Source: Octopus sinensis
Taxonomy: Eukaryota
DNA length: 64,000 nt
Assembly (NCBI RefSeq): GCF_006345805.1
Contig: NW_021833695.1
Span: 1-64,000 of the forward strand
Reading direction: 5' to 3'
The notes under the pieces: model-generated
Database searches by the model: none
Seen by the model: the letters and a program-made list of their open reading frames with translations, nothing else
What the model was told of the DNA's origin: nothing
Shown here: positions 39,040-53,635 of the stretch, piece after piece
Layout: every line of letters starts with the position of its first letter
Numbering within the stretch: position 1 is the first letter of the stretch
Made by a program: the position numbers and the translations under genes

Positions 39040-40200
39040 TGTGTAGATGTTGTTGTAGTTGATCTTGATGTCGGTGATAATGGTAGTCGTGGTGGTGGTG
39101 GTGGTGGTTGTTCGGGTGGTTGTGGCGATAGTTTTGGTGAGAATGGTGGTGGTGGTGGGGTTTGTGGTGGTGGTTGTGGTGATAGTTTTAATGGAAGTGA
39201 TGATGGTGGTTGGGGTGGTAGTTTCGATGGTGGTGGTGGTGGTAGTCGTTGAGTTGGTTGTGTTGGTTGTGGTGGTAGTTTTGATGGGAGTGGAGATGGT
39301 GGTGGTGGTGGTGGTTGTGGTAGTGGTTGTGGTGGTGGTTTTGGTTTCGGTGAGGGAACGTGCGATGATGATGATGATGATGATGATGGTGTTGACGTTA
39401 GGTGTTGTGCAGGAAATGATGATTGTTGTAGAAGTGGTGTTGGCTGCAGTGTTGCCGGTGGTGGTATAGCGGTTGTTTTGATGGTAGTGGTAGAGATGCT
39501 GTTGTTGTTGATGCTGGTAGTGGTGGTGGTAGCGGGTGGTAATGTTACTACTTGTAATAGTACTGATGGTGAGAATGTTTTGGTGAAGGTGCAGTTGATG
39601 GCGGAGATGATGATGGTAGTGGTGGCGGTGGTGTGGATAGTAGATTTTGGTTGTGATGATGATGATGTTGACTGTAATGGAGGTGGTGGTGGTGGTGGTG
39701 GTGGTGGCGTGGATAGTAGCTTTTGGTTGTGATGATGATGATGTTGACTGTAATGGAGGTGGTGGTGGTGATGGTGATCGTCGTCGTCGTCGTTATATGG
39801 TCGTGGTAATGTGAAGGTGGTGTTGGTGATGTTGGTGTTGTTGGTGGTGGTGTTGATAGTAGCTTTTGGTTGTGATGATAATGATGATGGTAGTGGTTGT
39901 TGGTGGTGGTGGTGGTGGTGGTGTTGATACTGATGATGATGGTGACGATGAAATTGGGGTGGTGATGGTGTTGGTGGCAACGGTAACTATTGTGATGTTG
40001 TTGATAGTGCTGCTGTTTGGTAGCGATGGTGATGATGATGGCAGTGGTCTAGTCTCGGTAGAGCTGGTGTCGTTGGTGACATTATTACTTATAGTGGGAC
40101 GGCTAGTGATGGTGTTGTTAGTCGTCGTGGTGTTTGTAGTAGTCATGTTTATCATGTTCATGTGTCCATGATAGCACTATTATTGCTAGTACCAGTGACG
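39040..40200. repeat. Degenerate (GGT/GAT/GTT)n low-complexity tract with an internal ~65-bp duplication
   Basis: gtggatagtag.ttttggttgtgatgatgatgatgttgactgtaatggaggtggtgg occurs at ~39632 and ~39709. Confidence 0.85.
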
Positions 40201-40264
40201 TTCGTAGTAGTGGAGTTCATGGTGAACTATGAAGGCAATATGGCTGATATTTCGTTTTTTTTTT

Positions 40265-40641
40265 TGTTACTTGTTTCAGTCATTTGACTGCGACTATGCT
40301 GGAGCACCACCTTTTAGTCGAGCAAATCGACCCCGGGACTTATTTTTTGTAAGCCCAGTACTTATTCTATCTCTCTCTTTTGCCGAACCGCTAAGCGACG
40401 AGGATGTAAACACAGCAGCATCGGTTGTCAAGCAATGCTAGAGGGACAAACACAGACACACAAACACATACACACATGTATACATATATATATATATGTA
40501 CACATATACGACAGGCTTCTTTCATTGGTCGGCCCGGGGCTATAGCAGAAGACACTTGCCCAAGGTGCCACGCAGTGGGACTGAACCCGGAACCATGTGG
40601 TTGGTTAGCAAGCTACTCACCACACAGCCACTCCTGCGCCT
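40265..40641 (-). mobile_element. Family-A SINE
   Basis: Reverse-complement match with a small deletion. Confidence 0.85.
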
Positions 40642-40719
40642 GCGGAGATTTGGTAGCCTTGCTCTTGAGAGTGTTGGACGTAAAGGTATGAGAAAACCGC
40701 TTGTTGTTGTTGTTGTTGT

Positions 40720-40774
<55 letters not shown>

Positions 40775-40775
40775 A

Positions 40776-40819
<44 letters not shown>

Positions 40820-40865
40820 GATGATGATGATGATGATGATGATACCATTCTTTAACCCTTTAACG

Positions 40866-41235
40866 CAATGGTTCTCAACTCTGCGTCCATACAGCCGCTG
40901 GAGGGTCCTTATAAGAATTTTGGGTGTTTATGTAACAAGATAGTAAATTGGATATCCGCAATAGTATTTTAAGGGACGCTGAAAAAAAAATTCTTTAGTT
41001 GTATGTGTTGGTATTTATTGCAACCCCCCCCCCAAAAAAAAAAAAAAGGTAGGTTTCTTTCTCTAATATTTTTACATAGTTCAACCTACACAAGTTGATG
41101 TGTGGAAAACATGATAGAAATTTTGAAAGATTCTCTAAAAGTAGTTTTAAACATCGAATGACCGTGGGGTGGGGTCTACCAGAAAACAATAATATTTCAA
41201 AGGGGTCCATAGAACGTGAAAATGTGCGTAACAAT
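40866..41235. mobile_element. hAT-Charlie-type MITE (same family as 9330 and 54871, reversed)
   Basis: CAATGGTTCTCAAC terminus. atagtattttaaggg is the reverse complement of cccttaaaatactat at ~55498. Confidence 0.6.
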
Positions 41236-41817
41236 TTTGCGATAATTTTGCAGCATTAATATAAGCATATTACTCTAACTTTGACGTACCAGTAATATAT
41301 TTTCCACCTTGCTTTGCATTTATGTGCTTACTTGTGTTACTTGTGTGTATGTGTGTGTGTGTATGTGTGTGTGTGTTTGCACGTGCACACATGTGTGTGT
41401 GTTTGCACGCGCACACGTGTGTGTGGGTATAACATAGATGTGTCGAAACAATTGTGATTAATAATAAATTCTCGATTATTCCATCTGCTGTCTTTCATTT
41501 ACTATATATATATATATATATGCAAATACTCCAAGAGGACGGATATTGTGTCTAAAGCCAGCTAGAGACGACGATCTCTTGGGGCTATAAAGCTACAGTA
41601 ACACCCCCTCCCCAATGTGGTTAGCCATGATAAGATGGCTTCTATACTTTACATTATCGAGCGATTACTGTTTCAATCTCATTCTGAGATTTAATTATGC
41701 TATATATATATATTTATATAATATAATCACGTATCATGACCAACCAGACCACCAATGTGTCTACACATCGCTGGTCACAATATATATATATATGATAATA
41801 TATATATAATATATATC

Positions 41818-41848
<31 letters not shown>

Positions 41849-41868
41849 TATATTATATATATATATAT

Positions 41869-42090
41869 AGTTAATCCAAACATGAAAGCACAAAAAAACA
41901 CAACAACGAGGACGTGGAACAAATATAGTATTATTGGACGCTCAGGAAAGAAGGAAAGAAGGAGGGTTTAAAGTTTCGAGCGGAGCTCTTCGTCGGAAAC
42001 ATAGGAGAAGGAAAGAAGGAAAGATCCAGAGAAGGGAAGACAGAGGAAAAAATTCGCCAACGGTACCACGCGGTCACATGGAATGAAATT
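41869..42090 (-). mobile_element. PLE pseudo-LTR fragment in (TA)n with a minimal HHR (core CCGACGA)
   Basis: Minus strand GUUU-CCGACGA-A-GAGC-UCC-GCUC-GAAA-CU-UU-AAAC (41966-42000). Close homolog of 45097-45280. Confidence 0.72.
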
Positions 42091-42146
42091 AATATATATA
42101 TATATATATTATATATAATATATATATATATATATATATTATATAT

Positions 42147-42209
<63 letters not shown>

Positions 42210-42211
<2 letters not shown>

Positions 42212-42622
42212 CAAAGGAGTTTAATACGCGAACACCGAGAGAAACATGGAAAAAAGGACAAGTAAGACAGAGAACGACCCTTCGTCAATTGTCGGCTGTC
42301 TATCTCTTCCTCATTTCGAGTATTCAACGATAATATGAGTATTGGAAGACAGTTACTCCCATAAATTTCAAAGATAAAATTTTAGATTTGTGGAGGGTCA
42401 AACATGGGAAGAAAAACAGGACAGTGTGGACATACAAGGAAACCGAACGAAAACAAACATAGCAGGTCGTTAGACCAGAATTTGAGGGAAATAGTGAACG
42501 CTGGGAGATATATTTATTTTTATTAGAAGAGAGAGAAAGAAAAACATCCAGTCCTTAGAACATCGTGCAGGATGAGGTAGAAAACAGGATAGAGTAGAGT
42601 CGCATCAAAAGGGTTCAGGTAA
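42210..42622 (-). mobile_element. Probable PLE-type terminal fragment abutting (TA)n
   Basis: The minus strand is pyrimidine-rich with CGAAAT and TTGACGAAGG relics and ends at a TA array. No intact HHR. Confidence 0.35.
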
Positions 42623-42635
42623 ACTAACTTGGAAA

Positions 42636-42910
42636 TGGATGCCTGGCGGTCGAGGGATAGCGGGTTCGAATCTCAGACCGGGCGATGTGTGTGTTTATGA
42701 GCGAAACACCCAAGCTCCACGCGGCTTCGGCAGAAGGTAATGGCGAACTTCTGCTGACTCTTTCTGCACAACTTTCTCTCACTCTTTCCTCCTGCATCTT
42801 GCAGTTCACCTGCGACGGACAGGCATCCCGTCCAGATGGGGAATCCTATACGCCAAGAAAACCGGGAAACCGACCCTATGAGCCAGTTGTGGCTCGAGAA
42901 GGAACAAACA
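42636..42910 (+). mobile_element. Family-D-related SINE
   Basis: B box GGTTCGAATC, gtgtgtttatgagcgaaacacc, and cctgcgacggacaggcatcccgtccag. Confidence 0.75.
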
Positions 42911-43012
42911 TATGAATATATATATATGCATATATATATATATATGTGCATATATGGGTACAGGACGTCGCCAACTGTGTAAACAACATGAAATACGCAA
43001 ACAACGAGGGAG

Positions 43013-43080
<68 letters not shown>

Positions 43081-43414
43081 GAAAACAGCGTGTGCCTGTG
43101 TGTGCCTGTATGGCCGTGTGTATTAGTTCAACATATTTGGACTTATCAAAAACTAATCTTGGGGTTGCTGGGATTTTCGGGTCTTACATCATACAACCTC
43201 GTCCAAGCGACCTGACCGAAGTTGGTTAAGCCTGGATCTGTATCCATGCGATATGCAACTGACCCTACTCTAATCAGCCAGTATGTTTATAATGCTTATT
43301 CGTGTGCTACTCCGGACTAAAAATTGTCTCAATATATATTAGCTAACAGTGTACATATTAGCCATTTATAACCACCTTACTTCTATAAGTAATATGTTCG
43401 TGAATAATACATAA

Positions 43415-43600
43415 TTGTTTCTACTATAGGCAAAAGGCCTGAAATTCTAGGGAAGGAGCCAGTCAATTAGATCTACCTCAGTACGCAACTGGTATTTAAT
43501 TTATCGACCGCAAAAGGATGAAAGGCAATGTCGATCACGGTTGAATTTGAACTCAAAACGTAAAGACAAACGAAACACAGTTAAGCATTTCGCTGCCTTA
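43415..43600 (-). mobile_element. Family-B SINE (alternative tail)
   Basis: Core and tail match. Confidence 0.75.
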
Positions 43601-44608
43601 TGAATAATAAATAATATAAACAGTTATCAACTAGATTTGGATTCCATCCTATATTCGGATATTATCACTGGCTAAATGATCTCTTTAACTTCCCAGAGAA
43701 TCACCGCCTATAAAACCACTATTACAAAGGGTTTGAGTGAATCGAATAGACTGATTTGCACAGTTAACGCATTTTCTGGTATCTTGCTCGACAAATAAGT
43801 TACTGTTTTAATACTGCTTTAACAGTATTTAGTTTTAATGCAATACTGTGATATAGTACATATCTACACGTTTTAGCCTACACTTTATAAGAAAAATGAA
43901 AAAGAGACCTATATAACTCGTTCGAAATATAAAATATATTTGTGGATAATACAGCAATGAAACAAACACTTTTAATGCTCCAAAAATAATTTTTAATCAA
44001 ACTATCTACCAAGAAAGCGATACAGTAATATATCGACCTCAGCGATTTTCTCAAGATCAGTGGGTAAATATTCTGTGTCACTGGACAGACAAAAGCAGTA
44101 CTCAGTCGATCAAATCCGAACAAAGTGTCGATACGAAACCGGTTTATCTCCCTTTTCTGCGTATGAAGTTACATAGAAAGAGGTGTTTACATCATTTTTA
44201 TAATACACAGTACTGGTTAAATCTATAAATGCCCTCTATAACATGGAATAGCTTATACGCAGTTTTATATACGTCATTTCGATGAATATATACATACATG
44301 CATATACATATATATATATATATTTATATATATATATATATATGTGTGTGTGTATGTGTGTGTATGCTAATGAGGGAGCTTCTCCACAGACACTCTATCT
44401 CCCAGTATACGAAATCTCATCTTCCTCAAATCACATTTTACTGTCTTGAACAAAGTGAACGAATCTCTGCGTAATATATATATAGTATTACACCTTCTTC
44501 AAAAAGGCGTGATGGTCACGGCTAGAATATCTTTGCTCATAAATCTCGCTCAGGACTGATCACTACCTAAGCAACAACAATAGCAAGATATAGACACATA
44601 TATATATA

Positions 44609-44640
<32 letters not shown>

Positions 44641-44643
44641 AGT

Positions 44644-44687
<44 letters not shown>

Positions 44688-45023
44688 ACACACAATGGAA
44701 GAATCACTGTTTTTATTGTATCCGGTAGGTGTGCATGCTTCGATGGTTGCGTTATTTTATGAATTGAATAAAGCTTCCGGTTGAAAGGTGTGTGGCGTCA
44801 TGCACAGTCACTTAGAAAGATAATTCTTTGAAGTATATTATTTTATGAAGTAGCAAAGATTTTTCGAGTTTACGAGACTCACGTTAACCCTATGGAACTC
44901 CAAAGATGTAAGCCTTCAAGTTTAAATACCTCTGCCGAAGACCTTACTTTAACGTTGACATTATGGAAGCTGTTGGTTTCCATATTATTAACATTACTGA
45001 TCACAACTCTGGCCTCTCAATGC

Positions 45024-45076
<53 letters not shown>

Positions 45077-45096
45077 ATATAATATATATATATATA

Positions 45097-45280
45097 GTTA
45101 ATCCAAACAAGAAAACACAGAAAAAAAGAGAAAAAAAACACAGCAACGCAGGACGTGGAACAATTAAAGTATTATTGACGCTCAGGAAAGAAGGGAAGGA
45201 GGATTTAACGTTTCGAGCGGAGCTCTTCGTCGGAAACAAGGAGAAGGAAAGATCCCAAGAAGGGAAGACAGAGGAAAAAA
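45097..45280 (-). mobile_element. PLE pseudo-LTR fragment in (TA)n with a minimal HHR (core CCGACGA)
   Basis: Minus strand GUUU-CCGACGA-A-GAGC-UCC-GCUC-GAAA-CG-UU-AAAU (45203-45237). Confidence 0.72.
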
Positions 45281-45649
45281 TATATATATGAGCTGGTGGT
45301 GCTCAAGAGATCACATGTTGAAAGAACAGAAGTTGAGAGGTGAATATATATGCATATATATATATATATGCATTCACAAAACCAAAAAGAAAATGAAATT
45401 CGTATCACTAAAGCAAATAATGTCGTTAGATGGGAGGTACCGAGGGAATTACAAACTAGAAATAGCAGCTAAGTATCCTTAAATCGCACTTTACAAATTG
45501 AAAAGGAAATGGAAGGATAAACTGGATAGTGTTGTCATTACAGAAGTAAAAGACAAGATGCGGTTGGAATACCTTCGTTCAGAGGTTTTAGCCAATTGAA
45601 ATTATTGGAGCAACAACAACCACTACTACTACTACTACCGCTAATTATT

Positions 45650-45858
45650 ATTTCAAATTTTTGCCTTAAGGGCAGCTTTGGGGAGGTGGGGATGAGTTGA
45701 TTATATGAACCACGGTGTTCAACTGGTACTTATTTTATCGACCCCGAAAGGATGAACGGCAAAGTCGGCCTTGCCGGAATTAGGAACTCAGAACATAGCG
45801 TCGGGCGAAATGCCGTTATTTCATCCAGCGTGCTTAACGATTCTGCCAACTCGCCGCT
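45650..45858 (-). mobile_element. Family-B SINE
   Basis: tatcgaccccgaaaggatgaacggcaaagtcggcc...ctgccaactcgccgc. Confidence 0.8.
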
Positions 45859-45859
45859 T

Positions 45860-45914
<55 letters not shown>

Positions 45915-45939
45915 GCTGCTGCTGCCGCTGCTGCCACTG

Positions 45940-45972
<33 letters not shown>

Positions 45973-46104
45973 AAACTTATAATAATAATAATAATAATAA
46001 GAAGAAGAAGAAGAAGAAGAACAACAACAACACAACAACAACAACAACAACAACAACAATTTCTCAAAGTGCCGGAGAGGTCAGAAGTTTATGTAGCATT
46101 TTCC

Positions 46105-46244
46105 AAAGCTCTTAATGCTGGAAATGTAAGAATTTCATATGCCATTTTCCAGAGTGACTCTCTATCACCATTCCTCTGTTGTCTAGCCTTAATACACCTG
46201 TTTCGAAATTGCTCCATGATGTGCAGTACAGCTATAAAATGTTT

Positions 46245-46250
<6 letters not shown>
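46105..46250 (+). pseudogene. R4/Dong-type LINE RT fragment
   Basis: AGNVRISYAIFQSDSLSPFLCCLAL (GIFQGDSLSP motif). Paralogous to 47785-47920. Confidence 0.75.
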
Positions 46251-46645
<395 letters not shown>

Positions 46646-46649
46646 TGAA

Positions 46650-48195
46650 TAACAACATGGATGTACTACACCAGATTATCCATTCAAAAACAAATCTAAT
46701 CTAAAAACATCGGTTGAATGGGACAAAGGAACCTGTGAAAGATTTGAAGGAAGAGACCTGTTAACGAAAATAAGCACAAAAACGAAATTTTACTGCAATA
46801 CAAAGCACAATTTCTCCTTTGAACGATGTCTCAGTGAAACATGTGCGAAAGATCCATGCGAAATCAACATCGGAAAGTTTACAAATTACAAAATATAAGT
46901 GGAACAAAACAGTAAGTACATTAATTGATTACACTCGAATGTCTACACAATCATATATACATTTTAATACTCAGGGAACGAAGTTGCAGCTAAATAACAT
47001 ACTACAGAGGAAATAATTATAGACCAGCACAGGTTTGATGAAAATGCAGTAATGATAGCAAAAGTTAACATAACTGATAAGCAAAGTGAAATACTCCCTG
47101 AACTAACCATATACACCAAGGCAAATGAAAATCAAATAGATGAAGAAAGTCAGACAGAAATTGGCACAACTGAACTAGATGATCTAAAATATCAAATCGT
47201 GATTTAATGGCTGAAAATTAAAGAAACTAGTATGAATGAACGTGACACTCTCCTAAAAAAATCGCAACTCCAAACAAAACCTGAAAGTAATTGGTAAAAT
47301 CCGCCTCGCCCTTACGGATATAATTTCAGCTAATGGTGTTGATATTACAGATCTCAACCACCTGTACTATGCATCAGCGAAAATCTCAATGATTCTTTGA
47401 GGTGAAAAGATTAGAAGACGACAACATTCCCACAAAATGCCTACTTTACGACGATTTTTGCAACAACCAAGTATGATTCCCTCTTGGTTAGTTAATGGTG
47501 TTACATTCTTACTTCAAAAAAAATGAAGAAACAATTAAACCAAAAAATTATAGACCCATAACCTGCTTAACAACAATATATAAAAGACTAATATCTGTCT
47601 TGACTGAATATATTTATAGTTTTTAATAGAAAGTAGTATATTTCCTAATGAGCAAATTCTACCACATAGCTGGATTAAGAAATGTCTGGAAATATATAAA
47701 ATTGCACCTACTCTGCGAAACTTCCTGTCTGTAAGTATGAAGTCATTGGGAGCCACATTGACTTTGGACAGTGACAATGAATCTCTCGATGCTGGAGACG
47801 TAAGAATTTCATGTGGCATTTTCCAGGGTGCCTATCTATTACCACTCCTCTTTTGTCTAGCCTTAATAACTGCCTCGAAATTGCTCGATGATGTACAATA
47901 CGGCTATACAATGTTTGATAAAAATATAAATCATCTCATTTACATGGATGATTTAAAGCTATTTGCAAAAAGTGACCAACAACAACAGGGTTTACTAGCG
48001 GTTGTTAAACAATTCAGTGATGACATCAGGATGCAATTTGGCCTTGATAAATGTGCAAAAGCTACCTTTATCAAAGGAAAAATGACAGGAACAATCAGCA
48101 TTAGTCTTGACCAGCACAATGTCATAAAGGAGTTAGTTAGAACCAGCGGAGAGCAACAATTACAAGGGATATTTGAAGGTGATAGAATCATGTGA
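46650..48195 (+). pseudogene. Decayed R4/Dong-type (RLE) non-LTR retrotransposon with RT domain
   Basis: PSWLVNGVTFLL..PKNYRPITCLTTIYK, PHSWIKKCLEIYKI, CGIFQG..LPLLFCLAL, INHLIYMDDLKLFAK, FSDDIRMQFGLDKCA. Internal deletions are present and the 5' boundary is approximate. Confidence 0.88.
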
Positions 48196-48684
48196 TGTCA
48201 TGACTTACTTATGTCTGTATAGAATCTAAAACGCAGAGTTGCGTAACTTTAGCTTCCTTCTCTCTGTCCAAATCTTTGCTATGATCTACATGCGTCATGG
48301 CGTCAAGTCGACGGAAGGTCAACTCGCATATGAAGGACAAACACAATTTCTATACATCATCGTGCTTTCATCAGCATTCAAAAATACTTGCTAAAAAACT
48401 ACCGTTGTAAATGTTAGACCCATTCTTGTCCTCGCCTGCTCAATTTATCCGAGTCAATCTGCATACAAATGGTAATGTAATGTAATGGATATCTCTGGAG
48501 TCTGAAAAAGATGCTTCTTTGATTTCTAGGTGAACAACATGCACAGATATTTTGTTTATAGCGATCAAATGAATGTATTGTATATTAGCTCACCCACATT
48601 ACATGTGTACTGTGTGCCGCAGTCGTGGTCAATAGTTAGGAAAAAAGGTCTGCGAAATTGAATTTTTATATTTAGTTTGTAATA

Positions 48685-49232
48685 TTGGGTTGTCCGGAAA
48701 GTTCGTGCCGATTTATAGTAGCTTACCTTTCGACTTATTTTAGAAATTGGTTGAGTTCATAAAAAAAGGATTTGACTACACCTCCATTTAGAGCACAGTT
48801 TAAGCTATCTTTTCACGGAAGAAGGTTTATGTTTCTATAACCTGTGTTAATTCTGAAAGCATTTAAAATGGAAGATAAGAAAGTTCATTTCCGGCACTTC
48901 ATGCTTTGGGAACCAGACAAAAATTGCTGCAGCTCGGCTGGGATGTGTTACCCCACCCTCCATATTCACCAGATATTGCTCCTTCGGATTTTTACTTATT
49001 CAGGTCTCTGCAGAATAGTCTTCTTTGGATGACGTAAAAAGATACCTCGATGAATTCTTTGCCATGAAACCCCCTCACTTCTGTGAAGAGGGTATTTTCA
49101 AGTTAAAGTAAAGATGGAGACGCATTGTGCAACAAAATGGTTCATATTTGGTTGATTAAAAATGTAATGGCAAGTATTTATTGACCTTTTTCTTTCCTTT
49201 AAAAGTCGGTACGAACTGTCCGGATAACCCAG
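48685..49232 (+). mobile_element. Internally deleted mariner (548 bp) with both TIRs
   Basis: TIRs TTGGGTTGTCCGGAAAGTTCGTGCCGATTT and AAAGTCGGTACGAACTGTCCGGATAACCCAG. MEDKKVHFRHFMLWE is fused out of frame to QKLLQLGWDVLPHPPYSPDIAPSDFYLFRSLQNS. Confidence 0.9.
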
Positions 49233-49384
49233 TGTATTATTACATGGCCAAAAGTTTGGAACATAGCTCTGAAAATCAGAATTTTTATTATAGTACATGT
49301 CCAAATATATACGTTGTATATACTAGAATCGAATTGTACTCAGGTATAACAATTTTAATTTAAAAAGAAATGTTCAAAAATTTT

Positions 49385-49537
49385 GGCCACGACTGTGAGA
49401 GGTGGAACTGATTGCAGAGCAACGTGAGAGGAAGTGTTTTGATCAAGAACACAACACACCGCTCGGTGTGGGGAATGAAACCCACGATCTAGCGATCATG
49501 AGTGTAACAACTTAAATCACTAAGGTCATGCGCCCTC
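49385..49537 (-). mobile_element. Family-C-like SINE head, diverged
   Basis: gagcaacgtgagaggaagtgttttgatcaagaacacaacac...cactaaggtcatgcgccc. Confidence 0.55.
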
Positions 49538-49829
49538 GACATACTAAGGTAGATACAATCTAATTTACTGCTGGTTTTAAATCCGGTGGCTACCCTCATC
49601 TGGTTTACTGCACCTGTCAGAGTGGATTCACTTGGGTGTAGTACTTGCTCATTTTACAGCTTCTTAGTGCTACAAGTGAGAACCTGGTGGAATATGGATC
49701 CCAAGGATAAAGGACATTCTTAGGAGGATAATGACATCTGTTTCAATCATAGGTGCTATTTCACATTGATCATTTTTACACGCTGTTTTTAATGAAATAT
49801 GGTGTTGTTTTCTCCTTATGCAGAGTCTG

Positions 49830-50135
49830 GCCACCTCTTGTACGTAGTTCTATCATGGCGTCTGAGGTGGCTTTTTAAGCCAGATAATGTTTTGAAAAGA
49901 CACCCACATAAACAGTTGTTTTATAACGAACTTGCAGAAATGAAACACGATCAGTATAAACCTAAAAAGAAGTTTAAGGACTGTATAAGGACTAACATGA
50001 AGTCACTTGGAAAAGATCCAAAGGCCATAGAAATCCTTGCTTCGGATCAAGCTGGATGGTGAACAAAAGTGTGAAGTGGAGTAAAGGCTTTTGAAGAAAC
50101 TAGGATGACCCATGTGAACTCAAAAGAAATTTAAA
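49830..50135 (+). pseudogene. RTE-clade LINE ORF C-terminal fragment
   Basis: RLRW...HKQLFYNELAEMKHDQYKPKKKFKDCIRTNMKSLG...LASDQAGW*...GVKAFEE resembles RTE/BovB-type post-RT sequence. Confidence 0.75.
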
Positions 50136-50920
50136 GAAAAACGTTTAAAAAAATAGTAGTGTTAATACAACCCTATATTATGAAATATTTAAACCTGTTT
50201 CAAACGCTAAACACAGCGAGGCATATTGCATAAAGTGTGCGCCAGCAAGTCCAGATAAATGGTTTGAGTCGCCAAGTTGAATATCGCAACAGAAATTCAG
50301 TACACAATGGAACCGGGTTGCATCCAACAGAATTTGAACTGAGAATCAGAAATAAATAAAGTTCCATCTAAATATTTCAGGTAGCAAGAAATTTTGTCCG
50401 ATATTTTAATGATACCACCACTAATAAATAACTCAAAATTTAATTGAATCTGACAAAATAGCCGTGTGTCGTTTTTATTCGTGTCTCTCCGCAGCTTGGT
50501 TATTTTTTCTCTAATCATAAATGGAAATAAATGGAGTCAAAACATGAATTGAGACGTTCAAATCTCAACAAAATAAATATATATATAAATAAATAAATTA
50601 GTGAGAAAAGTTTTGAAATTTTTGCAACTATAAGGAAATTTTATCTAATATAAAAAAAAAAAATGGCGAACAGGAACAAGTCAAAAAAAAAAATAACGTG
50701 ATATAAATTCGTTCTTGAATGGTCGACTTACACTTGTAAAATAAACGAATAAACGGGTAAAGGAATAATTATATAAATATATAAACATAAATATATACAG
50801 ACATAAAGACTGAGGGAAAGAGAGAGAGAGGGAGAGAGGGAAATAGAGTGGGTGAAAGGTAGCCATTGTAGCTGTACCAGATTTATATTACACTAGAAAT
50901 TCAATCATGACCAATAAATT

Positions 50921-50957
<37 letters not shown>

Positions 50958-51451
50958 CTTCTCTTTCCTTTATTTTATTTTCCAGACAGTCGACCGATTT
51001 GCTTCAGTGCACACAGTTGGACGGCGGCGCACGAACATTGGAAATCCATCATCATAAACCCACTTGCAATAACAATAACGTTATGTAAACTTTATTTTTT
51101 TTCTCTCTCCCATTTAAACAAATTTTAACAAGGTTTTAAAGGGGTGACGGCAAATATTTGCGTTCTTGCTCTAAAGCTTACAAAAAGTTACACGCAACCT
51201 TCAACCTTGTCTGTCACTCTCTCTCTCCGCCTATGACCAAACAACATCCTCCTCGTCTGGTCTCTCTCTCTCTCTCCCCTCTCTCTTTCTCTATCTCTTC
51301 CTCTCTCGATCCCTCCCTTTTTCTCTCTCTCTCTCTCTCACCTCTTCCTTTACGCCTTTTCATATCTCTTTCTCTCTACCCCCTTCTTTGAACGTCACAC
51401 TTTCTCCCTTACATTCTCCTTTTCTCCCACTTTCAACTCTAATTCTCCTTA

Positions 51452-51488
<37 letters not shown>

Positions 51489-51707
51489 TGCATCTCTTTG
51501 TCACTCCCATTTTCTTTCTTTCTCACTTTCTTTCGACCTCTCTTTGTCATCATTCCCACTCGCTTTCTCTTCTCTTTGACCCATTCTCTCCCGTCCTCAC
51601 TCACTCACTCTCTCTCCTCCTCCCACTCCCCTATATCCCTCGCCCTCCCTCTCACTTTTCTCTCTTTCTTTCTTTCTTTCTTTCTTTCTTTCATTCTTTT
51701 TTCTCTG

Positions 51708-51900
51708 AATGCTGGCTGATGGCTGATTCGGTAAAGCGTCTAGTACAATTCAGTTACGTCTCTTTAGCATTCTGAGTTCAAACCTTGCTGACCTTCAGTT
51801 TGTTTAGGAGCAGAAAAATTAAATACCAGTTAAATAATGGATGTCTATACAATCTTTTCTTCTCTCAAATTCTATAGCCTTGAGTTGTGTTAGAAATCAA
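51708..51900 (+). mobile_element. Highly diverged family-B SINE
   Basis: ttctgagttcaaac...aattaaataccagt. Confidence 0.45.
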
Positions 51901-52124
51901 TGCCTATATTTCTTTTCCATTCCCCCCCCCCCCCTTCTCTTTTAATTCTCCTCTCCCTTCCTCTCCTTCTCTCCCTTTCTCTCTTTTTCTTGTTAGTTCT
52001 AGGTACGTCCCTTTTCTCTGTGACTCTACTGGTTCACTTCTCTCTCTGATCGCTTTCTCATACTTCTCTCTTTGCAAATATAAAAACATATATAAATAGA
52101 TAGATAGGTAGATAGATGATAGAT

Positions 52125-52155
<31 letters not shown>

Positions 52156-52896
52156 TAGATGGATGGATGGATGGATGGATAGATGGAGGGAGGGAGAGAG
52201 GGAGGAAGGGATAAATAGATAAGCGTATAATATACATACATATATATATATTATTATATATGCTATATATTATATAATATCCCTTATATATGTGTGTGTT
52301 ATTATATATATATATATGCCCTATATAGGTACTTACGTATATATATATATATCGTTTTATATACATACATATATATACATGAGTGTGTGTGAGTGTGTGA
52401 GTGTGTGTGAGTGTGTGAGTGTGTGAGTGTGTGAGTGTGTGTGTGTGGTGTGTGTGTGTGTGTGTATCCCCCCACACACATACACACTCTACTCCTCAGC
52501 AAGCACTCAGTGCTACCTATCTCTTTTACTCTTCTCACATATATATACGCACACATATACATGCATCTCTCACCTTCCCTTCTCACTCTCTCTCTCTCAC
52601 TTCCCTCCTCTCTCTCTCTCTGTTTCTCATCATCTCATTTCTCTTCCTCCCCTCCTCCCACACACAAACACCTATTTCGGGTCCTCCACCTCCCACGCTG
52701 TACCTGTTCCGATTCAGAACATTATTTGAAGTCTGCCGTTTATTTATTTTTTCCTTCCTCCTTCCCTCCCTCCCATGCCCATCCCTTATGACTTGTTTGC
52801 TATTCTTCTTATATCTATGACGTCGTCGTCATCGTCGTCGTTTTCGTAGATGCTTTAGTCTCATGTATATAATTGTTTTTGCTGTCGTTCATACGT

Positions 52897-52937
<41 letters not shown>

Positions 52938-52970
52938 GTGTGTGTTGTGTGTGTGTATGTATGTATATGC

Positions 52971-53001
<31 letters not shown>

Positions 53002-53371
53002 TATGCATATATATATGTATATTTATATATATACATATATATATATGCATATATATATATGTGCCTATATGTATATATATGTATATATATATATTTATAT
53101 ATATATATATATAAATATATATATACGTGTATGTTTGTGTGTTTGTGTGTACCTCATTTGTTTTGCTTAGTTTATTCTGTTTGCTTCCTTTTTGTTTTTC
53201 TTTTAATCAATATTTTTCTACTTCAAATACAATAAAAACAAAATTTATTCTATTGATTAATCAACAACAACAACAACAACACTACTCATAAAATAAAAGC
53301 AGCAACATAAAAAAAAACAAAAACAAACAATACGATACAACACTGTAAAACATACAACTCAACAGTCCCTT

Positions 53372-53403
<32 letters not shown>

Positions 53404-53499
53404 GTCTCTTTCTCTTCCTCCTAGAATTCTCTCAATATCTGTCTTTCATTTCATTCTGTCCCCCCCTCCCTCATACACACACACACACACACTTTACTA

Positions 53500-53584
53500 C
53501 TTTCATTTTCATTTATCATTATTATTGTCATTATTACTATCGTTATTATCATTATTATTATTATTATCATTATTATTATATTAT

Positions 53585-53635
<51 letters not shown>

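Noticed and set aside
48335-48378. CTGATGA...GAAA on the minus strand
   Set aside because: No stem I, II or III pairing.
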